Below are positions 53,995 to 62,232 of a stretch of DNA of 64,000 nt, one piece after another. The position numbers and the translations under genes were made by a program. Every line of letters starts with the position of its first letter. Positions within the stretch are counted from its first letter, which is position 1. Below the pieces are notes generated by a model. It was not told the origin of the DNA. It did no database searches and worked only from the letters and a program-made list of their open reading frames with translations. Source of the stretch: Patescibacteria group bacterium (lineage in GTDB: Bacteria; Patescibacteriota; Patescibacteriia; XYB2-FULL-38-15); the NCBI GenBank assembly GCA_041653675.1, contig JBAZEY010000005.1, forward strand, positions 10,164-74,163, written 5' to 3'.

Positions 53995-55578
53995 TTAACT
54001 TACCACCGTGCCCCCAAATTCTTCCAAAACTTTCCCCACTTCAAGCGGCGGCGGGCCCGGCGGCTCCGGCAAGTCAGCCACAATCCCGCTCACCCTAACA
54101 TCGCCTCCCATTATCTCTTTAATCAAATTTCTTAAAACCAAATTATTTTTGCTTTCATTAATTCTCTCTTTGTGAAAACGATATTTAAATCCAATCTGCA
54201 ATGTTCCATTTTCAACCGCCACCGGCTGACCAACTCGAAGAACGAAAACTAATGCCGGGCTTCGGTCTGCCACAACCCGCAAAAGATCAAACCATTTTTC
54301 TTTTATCTGCTCTAAAGTTAAAGTCGTGGTAATCGGCGCGGCGTCCGTTAAAGCTTCGTCATTTTTTTTTACGATTTCTTTTCCGGGCAGAGGTTTAATT
54401 TTTGGCCTTTCTTCGGTCGCTCTTGGCGTGGGCGGAATTTTAGATGTTGAAATTGTCGCCGGCGAGCTAACCGCGGAAAATCCTCCAACAATTTCCACGA
54501 CTGCCATTTCAAGCGGCAGCTGGGCAATATCGGAAAATCTTAATTCTTGTTTTTTCTCTATAAAAAGTTCAAGCCAATCAATCAATTTTCGCGGTTCAAT
54601 GTCTTTCGCGAACTGAATAATTTTTTTCTCGGAATCTTCATCTAGGTCAAAAGAAAATTCCGCCAAACTTCCGCTTACGCTGGCAAGTAAAATTTTTCTT
54701 AAAAATTCCACGAGATCCGCGGTAAATTGCGACAAATCAATCCCCTCTTCAACTAGCTTATTCACGAGCCGCAAAGCTTTTTCCGCGTCGCGCATGGCGA
54801 GATGCCCGACGAAATCTCCGACCAAATTAAAATCTGATTTTGGAATAACAAGTTCCGCCTGTTCGCGGCTGATTTTATTTTTCGCATCACGGAGCGCGAG
54901 TACTTGGCCGAGCAGACTTTCCGAATCGCGAACGCAGCCTTCCGAAGCGCGGGCAATACTTTCCAAAATACTTTCATCAACTTCAACCCGCTCCAAACCC
55001 AGAACATACTTCAATCTTTCCACGATTTCCCGGCGGGAAATTTTTTTAAAATCAAATCGCTGGCAGCGGGAAATTATAGTAGCCGGAACTTTGTGAATCT
55101 CGGTCGTGGCCATGATAAAAATTACTCTCGGCGGCGGTTCTTCAATAGTTTTCAAAAGCGCGTTAAAAGCCGACGTAGAAAGCATGTGCACTTCATCAAT
55201 GATGAAAACTTTGTATTTCCGGCGGCTCGGAGAAAACTTGGCGTTCGTCACGATATTTTCGCGGACATTATCAACTCCAGTGTGGCTCGCGGCGTCAATT
55301 TCCACAATATCCAAATCTCGACCAGAGGTAATTTCCTCGCACGAACTGCATTTATTGCACGGCTCTGATTCGCCTTCTTTTCTCTTTTCGCAATTTATGG
55401 CTTTAGCCAAAAGCCGGGCGGCAGTAGTTTTTCCAATCCCGCGCGGTCCGCAAAATAGATATGCATGAGCGACCTTGTCGGTTTCAATTTCATTTTGGAT
55501 GGCAATCTTAATATGATTCTGACCGGTCATCTCGCCCCATTTCTGCGGCCGATATTTTCTATATAATGTTGTAGACAT
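53995..55578 (-). CDS. dnaX: DNA polymerase III subunit gamma/tau
   Basis: MSTTLYRKYRPQKWGEMTGQNHI...AHAYLFCGPRGIGKTT..., Zn module CEKRKEGESEPCNKCSSCEE, SRC arginine finger (IISRCQRF). 527 aa. Confidence 0.9.
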   Translation of the reverse strand: MSTTLYRKYRPQKWGEMTGQNHIKIAIQNEIETDKVAHAYLFCGPRGIGKTTAARLLAKAINCEKRKEGESEPCNKCSSCEEITSGRDLDIVEIDAASHTGVDNVRENIVTNAKFSPSRRKYKVFIIDEVHMLSTSAFNALLKTIEEPPPRVIFIMATTEIHKVPATIISRCQRFDFKKISRREIVERLKYVLGLERVEVDESILESIARASEGCVRDSESLLGQVLALRDAKNKISREQAELVIPKSDFNLVGDFVGHLAMRDAEKALRLVNKLVEEGIDLSQFTADLVEFLRKILLASVSGSLAEFSFDLDEDSEKKIIQFAKDIEPRKLIDWLELFIEKKQELRFSDIAQLPLEMAVVEIVGGFSAVSSPATISTSKIPPTPRATEERPKIKPLPGKEIVKKNDEALTDAAPITTTLTLEQIKEKWFDLLRVVADRSPALVFVLRVGQPVAVENGTLQIGFKYRFHKERINESKNNLVLRNLIKEIMGGDVRVSGIVADLPEPPGPPPLEVGKVLEEFGGTVVS

Positions 55579-55706
55579 AAAAAAATATTATTACTTGCCA
55601 TATCTTATACCATTTTCCTGATTTTGGCAAATAGTACTTTTTCTTATTATTTCAAAAGGCTGCTCATTTAGAACAGCCCTAGAATTAATTTATTTTTTAA
55701 AAAATT

Positions 55707-56501
55707 CTATACCTCGTTTCTCTTAATCACATTCTCCACCGCTGCCCATTTTGACGGCGTATTTTTAGGAATCAAAATTACTGCCTCATCACCCATTTCA
55801 CCTTTAAAGTATGTCACCGGCGCCGCGAGGACTCTCCATTTTTTCCCGCCGGAAGCAACTGTCCAGCCGCCAGATTCTGCTTCTTCAAGCATTCCGACTA
55901 CCCGATTTCGTTCCATTGGTCCGATTTGTTTAAAAAGAAAATTGCCGCGGGCATTAATCGTAAGTTTTAAAATATCTCCTTCGACCAATTTTGATTTTGA
56001 AGCGTAGTTCGACGGCACAAGATATTCTTTGCCATCGGCGCCAATCATATTCTGGCCGTTAAAAACCCCTTCCATAATTCTCTCGCCCGATTCGCCATAG
56101 GCCACATCCGGCTGGGAAACGGTTTTTAATCCTGAAAACATCGGGGCAATTGAAGGCGCGGTGGCGATAATATCGGAATCAAGAAAACTTTGTTTAATTT
56201 TTTCTTCAAACTTTGGCGCGTCCTCACCCAAAAGACAATTTATCCGCCGCAAATTATCCTGCGTTTCTTTAACTATTTTTTTAATCAATTCTATTTTTTC
56301 AAAATTGAAAGAAATTTCCAAATCTTTGAGTTCAGTCTTCGCCGGCGCGTCATAAATTTTCGGCGTCACCTCAAACGGCACGGCTTCAGCGGGCATAGCC
56401 ATTGGTTCCGCCGACTCCATCATTTCTTGTCTTGAATCTGTCTGATTTTCTACCGGTCCATCAATATTTTGAAAAAGATCGTTTTGATTTTGTCCCAACA
56501 T
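55707..56501 (-). CDS. Hypothetical protein (downstream of the fused coupling-protein-like ATPase)
   Basis: 264 aa, no recognised motif. Preceded upstream by a probable terminator hairpin at ~55655-55685. Confidence 0.4.
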   Translation of the reverse strand: MLGQNQNDLFQNIDGPVENQTDSRQEMMESAEPMAMPAEAVPFEVTPKIYDAPAKTELKDLEISFNFEKIELIKKIVKETQDNLRRINCLLGEDAPKFEEKIKQSFLDSDIIATAPSIAPMFSGLKTVSQPDVAYGESGERIMEGVFNGQNMIGADGKEYLVPSNYASKSKLVEGDILKLTINARGNFLFKQIGPMERNRVVGMLEEAESGGWTVASGGKKWRVLAAPVTYFKGEMGDEAVILIPKNTPSKWAAVENVIKRNEV

Positions 56502-56532
56502 AACTTTTTTATTTTAATTATTTGTTATCTTT

Positions 56533-59199
56533 TTATAATGACCTTTCCCCCACCATTGGCCCGGCAACTCCCTCTGGCACGCCGAGCTGCGTTCTCTCGG
56601 AAATTTCCGCTTCCACGATACTTTTATCGCGGCCGTATTTTAATCTGGCAAGTTGTTTCAAGGCTTGGGCTAATTCCGCGTCACCTTTTTGCGGCGCAAG
56701 AGTTTGCATATTAAACGCTTTGGAAGCCGCGTTATCAATTAAAAGTTTAATGTAGGCTGTGTATTTTTCCACATTCAACAAATCGTATTCGTTAACGGTC
56801 GGCGCGAATTCTTTGGCAATTGTTTCCACGTCATCCACGCCAATTCTGAAAGATATCATCGTCCCGGCATTGCCGAAAACCGCGTCGCGAATTTTTGTGT
56901 CATTATTTTTTACCAACTGCCCGACATACTGATGGGCAATCGTAAGGCACAGCCGATATTTTCGAGCTTCAGATAAAATTGTGGCGATGCTGTCGGTAAT
57001 AAAATTTTGGAACTCATCAATATAAAGATAAAAATCATGGCGCTCGGCTTCGGGCAATTCGGCCCGGCTCATCGCAGCCATCTGAAGTTTTGAAACAATA
57101 ATCAAGCCCAAAAGTTCGCTGTTCACTTCACCGGTTTTGCCTTTTGCCAGATTCACAAGCAAAATTTTCTTCTTATCCATTATTTCCCTAAAATCAAAAC
57201 CTGAACGGGATTGTCCAATAATATTTCTTATCATTTCGTTTTCCACAAATCGGCCGACTTTGGAAATCAAGTAACCCAACATTTCTGATTTATGAAAATC
57301 CGAAGTCTTGGCCATTTCTTTTTCCCAAAAAGAGCGGACAACCGGATCTTTGACTTTCGCCACCCAAGATTTTTGAAATTCATTATCGGAAAACATTCTT
57401 GGAATTTCCGCGATTGTGCCGGGATTTGCCAAATCCGACATCAAAGTCAACATCACATTTCTCATGTTATGCTCAAACATCGGACCGATCATTTCTGGCG
57501 GGAAAAGTTTATAAAAAATAGCGATCATTTCCTGGACGGCAAAATCTTTTTGCGATTCATCTTTGGCCTCAAGCATATTTAGACCAATCGGCCGGTCCGC
57601 GTCTGACGGATCAAAAATAATTACGTCGTCCAACCGTTCTTTCGGTATGCCAGTCAAAATTTCTTCAATCAAATCGCCGTGCGGATCAACTACGGCTACG
57701 CCTTCGCCATTAGCAATATCCTGCTTAACCATATTGGCAAGCAAGACAGATTTACCAACGCCGGATTTACCAATGACATAAACATGGCGGCGGCGGTCTT
57801 CTCTTTTAATTTTAACCATTACTTCCGTTCCGCGGAAAGTGGATTTCCCAAGCGTCACTCCTTCTTTTGGCATATTAATCGGCGGCGCGGCTTTTTTTGC
57901 CAAAAGCCACTGGATATTGGGCGCTTCGGTCCAGGGCGAAGGAAAATGAAAGAGACTTGCCATTTCTTCCGAGTTCAAAACAACTTTTTTCTTTTCATGA
58001 AAACCTCTATGGATAAAATCTCTAATCAATTTTTTCAAATGACGGCCGCCCGGTGCCGTACGCGCGAAACTATTTCCGTATTGATAAATATTATACTGGG
58101 AAAAAGCGTTCGAAATATTATCCAAATTCATTTTTGCCCGCGCGCTATTTGGTGATGATGAGATGATTCTAACATTGACATCAACTCCAGCCTTACTCGC
58201 CTTTTCTTCAAGACCCTTTACCATTTCCTCTTCCATCGGCGAAAGACGATAAATTTCCGGTTGAGGCTTTAATTGATCTTCTGGTTTCTTTTTCGTTCCG
58301 CCGGCAAACATTTTTCCCAATTCTCCCAATATTTTCATGAAGATATTTCCGCTAACCGATGACATTGCTTCGCCAAGCTTCTTTCCTTGTTGCATTTCCT
58401 GGGCAATTTTTATGCCTGGCCGGCGCCATTCTTTACGCGCTGAGCGTATTACAAATTGAATAGCCGCGCCTTCATTTTTTTCCAACTTTGAGAGGACGTT
58501 TGTCAGACCGTTCATCGGGTCTGTCTCCATTTTTTTATAAGTTTTTATCGGGAAAAAATGCGGGCGCTTGAAAGTTAAATAAGCGCCGCGGATATCTCCG
58601 GTCGGCGTAAAAATATTATAATCTTTGATTTCTTCAATAAAAGCCTCGTGATAATTCGCTCTGATTTGCTGTTCAATATATTCCTGCAAATATTTTGGCA
58701 CGGCTACATAAAAAGAAATTAACCCTTTGTCGGCGATAATTTCAAAAGAAAGATAATCTGTCCGTCCGGTAAGCCAGGCGCCAATTCCTTTTTGCGCTTT
58801 TAATCCGCCAATCGACGCGAAAAGAGCTTCGGCCGTGGCAACACCCTCTTGAATAGTTTGGACGGTAATCTCTCTTTTTTCCTGAGCTTGGGCCCTTTCC
58901 GCTGATTCTTTGGGAACCGTAACGAGCAAAACTATATTTTTAAAAGAGGTGGACATCTTTGTCCGATGATGCAAAAATTTTCTAAGCAGAGAAATTAAAA
59001 ACCACGATCCTAAAAAAATCGCGGCAAGCGTAAAAATCATTATGCCAATCGGACTCTCCGCAAAACTTCCGACTTCTTCAGGAATTTCCGGAGTCGGCAG
59101 GGTAATTTGATAAAAGGAAAAAACGAAAAGCGCGGCGAGCGCAGTGCTCGGTAGCCATCTTTTTATTTTATGCCAATTTTTTTTCTCTACATCCTCCAT
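56533..59199 (-). CDS. Fused membrane-anchored TraD/VirD4-like coupling-protein-type ATPase (888 aa). N-half resembles 14646-16073 and C-half resembles 12474-14639.
   Basis: Two N-terminal TM segments. Walker A HVYVIGKSGVGKSV, VVDPHGDL, FYLYIDEFQNF. Linker ...APPINMPKEGVTLGKSTFRG... is continuous where the other locus is split. Confidence 0.6.
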   Translation of the reverse strand: MEDVEKKNWHKIKRWLPSTALAALFVFSFYQITLPTPEIPEEVGSFAESPIGIMIFTLAAIFLGSWFLISLLRKFLHHRTKMSTSFKNIVLLVTVPKESAERAQAQEKREITVQTIQEGVATAEALFASIGGLKAQKGIGAWLTGRTDYLSFEIIADKGLISFYVAVPKYLQEYIEQQIRANYHEAFIEEIKDYNIFTPTGDIRGAYLTFKRPHFFPIKTYKKMETDPMNGLTNVLSKLEKNEGAAIQFVIRSARKEWRRPGIKIAQEMQQGKKLGEAMSSVSGNIFMKILGELGKMFAGGTKKKPEDQLKPQPEIYRLSPMEEEMVKGLEEKASKAGVDVNVRIISSSPNSARAKMNLDNISNAFSQYNIYQYGNSFARTAPGGRHLKKLIRDFIHRGFHEKKKVVLNSEEMASLFHFPSPWTEAPNIQWLLAKKAAPPINMPKEGVTLGKSTFRGTEVMVKIKREDRRRHVYVIGKSGVGKSVLLANMVKQDIANGEGVAVVDPHGDLIEEILTGIPKERLDDVIIFDPSDADRPIGLNMLEAKDESQKDFAVQEMIAIFYKLFPPEMIGPMFEHNMRNVMLTLMSDLANPGTIAEIPRMFSDNEFQKSWVAKVKDPVVRSFWEKEMAKTSDFHKSEMLGYLISKVGRFVENEMIRNIIGQSRSGFDFREIMDKKKILLVNLAKGKTGEVNSELLGLIIVSKLQMAAMSRAELPEAERHDFYLYIDEFQNFITDSIATILSEARKYRLCLTIAHQYVGQLVKNNDTKIRDAVFGNAGTMISFRIGVDDVETIAKEFAPTVNEYDLLNVEKYTAYIKLLIDNAASKAFNMQTLAPQKGDAELAQALKQLARLKYGRDKSIVEAEISERTQLGVPEGVAGPMVGERSL

Positions 59200-59205
59200 A
59201 AAATT

Positions 59206-59727
59206 CTATTCTATTTTTTGTTTTTCTTTTTCCGCCATCGCCATCACCTTGTCTGTTTTAATTTTTGCTTCCTGCTCCAGAAAAAATTTATTAACTCCGG
59301 GAATAATTTTGAGCCAACTACGTATTAATTTTAAAATTTTTCGGGCAACATTCCTCCCCGTCTCCACCATTTTTTCTATTTTTGAAGCCGTTTCTTCTCC
59401 CTTTTCTTTAAATGCCTGCTGACGCGCCGGCGGCATGGAAAAATAAAATGACTCCAGGTCTTCCTCCAGAATTTTTTCTATTTTAATCAACGTCCCGCTT
59501 TTTTCCGGCTTCTCCGTGATCGGATGGACCACGGCCGAAACAAGCGGTTTTTTTCCGTTTTTTTCTTCGGCCGGAATGACTTTTTCCCATTCTGGCTTCG
59601 GCGCCGCCTCCGCTTCAACTTTTTTTTCAGGAACAATCGCCTGCTCCTTCTCCGGAACCATTTTTTCTAAGCCGCCGATTTTTTCTGTTTTATCTTTTAT
59701 ATCCATGTATACAAAAATTACGCTCAA
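59206..59727 (-). CDS. Hypothetical K/E-rich protein upstream of the fused ATPase
   Basis: 173 aa. Stop is 6 nt before the ATPase ATG. Confidence 0.35.
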   Translation of the reverse strand: MSVIFVYMDIKDKTEKIGGLEKMVPEKEQAIVPEKKVEAEAAPKPEWEKVIPAEEKNGKKPLVSAVVHPITEKPEKSGTLIKIEKILEEDLESFYFSMPPARQQAFKEKGEETASKIEKMVETGRNVARKILKLIRSWLKIIPGVNKFFLEQEAKIKTDKVMAMAEKEKQKIE

Positions 59728-59764
59728 TCCGTTGTTAATTTCTCAATTGTATCATAATTTATAA

Positions 59765-59778
59765 ATTTGTGCTAAAAT
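59765..59778 (+). promoter_or_regulatory. Extended -10 promoter TTTGTGCTAAAAT for corA, followed by AGGAGGAG RBS
   Basis: Plus strand reads aaaTTTGTGCTAAAATgaag...tctAGGAGGAGtATG. Confidence 0.45.
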
Positions 59779-59822
59779 GAAGTTGTTGATAACTTTTACA
59801 TTACACAATATCTAGGAGGAGT

Positions 59823-60734
59823 ATGATAAAAAACGTTCTAGAATTTCGAGGTTCAAAGTTTTCTTGGACAAATGTAACAAAAAATAGCAAAAAGGAAATT
59901 GAATATCTCGGAAAAAAATTCGGTTTTCACGAAATTGATTTGAAAGATTGTCTGCCGCCTCTTCAGCGGCCAAAATTGGTGGTCCGGCCGGATTACCTCT
60001 TCATGATTTTGCTTTTTCCTGTTTTTGACAGAAAAACCAGAATTCTCCACGCTTCGGAAGTGGATTTTTTTATTACCCGCGGAACGCTTGTTACCGTGAA
60101 TTCAGATAATATTGCCCCGCTTCAAGAAATTTTTGACAAATGCCGCGCGAAAAAAAATAAATGTTCCAATATCCCCGATCTTTTGCATGAAATTCTCCAC
60201 GAACTTCTTCTTTCCTGTTTTCCCATGCTTGTCCATATTTCCACTGATATTGATAATGTGGAAAATCAGCTGCGTTCCGAATTTGAAAAAGGAACTATCA
60301 CGGAAATTCTGCGCATCAAAACCAATATCGTAAATTTCCGCAAAGCGATGCAGCCCCACAAGCAAGTCATCAGGGCTCTTGTTTCTGAAGCGCCGAAATT
60401 TTTCCCGACGCAAAAAATGAAAATTTATTTTGAAAATCTTGTCAACAATACAAAAGAAATTTGGGATCTTCTGGATAACTATAAAGACACGATCGACGCC
60501 CTTCATGAAACAAATGTTTCCTTGATTGACTTCCGCATCAATGAAATCATGAAGACTCTAACTATTTTTTCTGTGATTGTTTTTCCGTTGACGCTCTTGG
60601 CTGCGATTTTTGGCATGGACACCCCCGGCATGCCGCTCGCCAACCATCCTTATGGATTTTGGATAATTCTTACCTCTATGCTTTTTAGCGCCCTTGGACT
60701 GCTCTGGTTTTTTGAAAAGAAAAAGTGGCTGTAA
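59823..60734 (+). CDS. corA: CorA-family divalent cation transporter with GMD in place of the canonical GMN motif
   Basis: C-terminal ...AIFGMDTPGMPLANHPYGFWIILTSMLFSALGLLWFFEKKKWL parallels the CorA YGMNFxxMPEL...KKKWL two-TM C-terminus. 303 aa. Confidence 0.75.
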   Translation: MIKNVLEFRGSKFSWTNVTKNSKKEIEYLGKKFGFHEIDLKDCLPPLQRPKLVVRPDYLFMILLFPVFDRKTRILHASEVDFFITRGTLVTVNSDNIAPLQEIFDKCRAKKNKCSNIPDLLHEILHELLLSCFPMLVHISTDIDNVENQLRSEFEKGTITEILRIKTNIVNFRKAMQPHKQVIRALVSEAPKFFPTQKMKIYFENLVNNTKEIWDLLDNYKDTIDALHETNVSLIDFRINEIMKTLTIFSVIVFPLTLLAAIFGMDTPGMPLANHPYGFWIILTSMLFSALGLLWFFEKKKWL

Positions 60735-60735
60735 A

Positions 60736-62172
60736 TTAATTCTTGCTTTTTACTTTCTGCCCTTCGGCCGTGTCTTCTACCGTAAACCCGAGTTTCTCAA
60801 TTTCTCCACGCACCTCGTCCGCCCGTTTCCAATCCTTCGCGCCTCTTGCCTGCTCGCGTTCTGTGAGCAGCTTTTTTATTTCTTCCGGAATTTTCTCCGC
60901 TTTAATTTTTTCTAAACCAAAACCAAGTACGTCGTCCATTTCCCGCAAGACTTTTTTTGCCGCGGCTAATTCTTTTTTTGAAACGCCGGCCGCCAAACCG
61001 ACGTTAATCTGCCGGATAAAATTAAATAAAACCGCGAGTGCTCCGGAAATATTTAAATCATCGTCAAGCGCCGCCTCAAATTCTTTTTTCGCCATCTCCG
61101 CCGCGGCGACGAGATTTCCGCTTCCCCCACTTTTGGGCGCGGTCTCATTAATTTTTGTCCAAACTTCATCAATTTTCGCAATATTTTTTTCCGCCACCCC
61201 TAGCCCATCAAAAGTAAAATTCAACGAATCGCGATAATGCGAAGTCAAAAGTAGATAGCGCAACGCTCGCGGCGAATAACCTTTTTCTGTAATTTGTGCC
61301 AAAGTATAAAAATTATTTTTTGACTTGCTCATTTTCTCGCCGTCCACCATCAAATGCTTTACGTGCAGCCAAAAACGGACAAATTGTTTGCCGGTCGCGC
61401 CTTCGGATTGGGCAATCTCTGATTCGTGATGCGGAAATTTGTTATCTTCACCGCCGGTATGAATATCAATCGTCTCGCCCAAATATTTCGTGGACATCGC
61501 GGAACATTCAATATGCCAACCCGGGTAGCCCTTTCCCCAAGGAGAATTCCATTGCATAATATGCGACGGATTTTTTATCCATAAAGCAAAATCGTAAGGA
61601 TTTTTTTTCTCGGAAATTACTTCCACCCGCGCGCCCGCGATTAAATCTTCGAGTTTGTTTCCGGAAAGTTTTCCCCAACCGGAAAATTTTGACAAATCAA
61701 AATAAACCGAACCGTTTACCTCGTAGGCGTAACCGTTTTTTATCAACTTCAGAATTATTTTTATCATCTCTTTCACGTGATCGGTTGCTTTGGGATATTT
61801 CCACGCTTTTTCAAAATTCATTTTCTTTATATCCGCGAAAAATGCTTTAGTAAAAAAATCGGCAATCTGCCAGGGATCTTTTTTCTCGCGACGCGCCGCG
61901 GCTTCCATTTTATCTTCCCCAATATCGGCATCAGCCACCATATGCCCGACATCAGTAATATTCATCACCTGCTTCACTTTATATTTTTTAAATTCTAAAA
62001 AACGCCGCAGCAAATCGGCAACTAAAAAAGACCGAAGGTTTCCGATATGGACATAATCATAAACCGTCGGTCCGCAAGTGTACATTGTCACCAACTTTTT
62101 TTTATTTTTTTCCTCAACTAGAGACTGAAAATTTTCTTTTTGTTTTGTAAGAGAATTGTAGAGTTTTAGCAT
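60736..62172 (-). CDS. cysS: Cysteine--tRNA ligase
   Basis: HIGN (VHIGNLRSF), KMSKS, and Zn ligands (CGPT, ...HIEC...). 478 aa. Confidence 0.9.
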   Translation of the reverse strand: MLKLYNSLTKQKENFQSLVEEKNKKKLVTMYTCGPTVYDYVHIGNLRSFLVADLLRRFLEFKKYKVKQVMNITDVGHMVADADIGEDKMEAAARREKKDPWQIADFFTKAFFADIKKMNFEKAWKYPKATDHVKEMIKIILKLIKNGYAYEVNGSVYFDLSKFSGWGKLSGNKLEDLIAGARVEVISEKKNPYDFALWIKNPSHIMQWNSPWGKGYPGWHIECSAMSTKYLGETIDIHTGGEDNKFPHHESEIAQSEGATGKQFVRFWLHVKHLMVDGEKMSKSKNNFYTLAQITEKGYSPRALRYLLLTSHYRDSLNFTFDGLGVAEKNIAKIDEVWTKINETAPKSGGSGNLVAAAEMAKKEFEAALDDDLNISGALAVLFNFIRQINVGLAAGVSKKELAAAKKVLREMDDVLGFGLEKIKAEKIPEEIKKLLTEREQARGAKDWKRADEVRGEIEKLGFTVEDTAEGQKVKSKN

Positions 62173-62232
62173 TTTGTTTTAATAACTTTTTTTATTTTGA
62201 TTACTCCGCACGATGACACTTTTTTATTTTAA

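Noticed and set aside
53795-53998. 67-aa ORF on the plus strand
   Set aside because: Overlaps the tRNA-Gln gene and its duplicated fragment. tRNA sequences commonly yield spurious ORFs.
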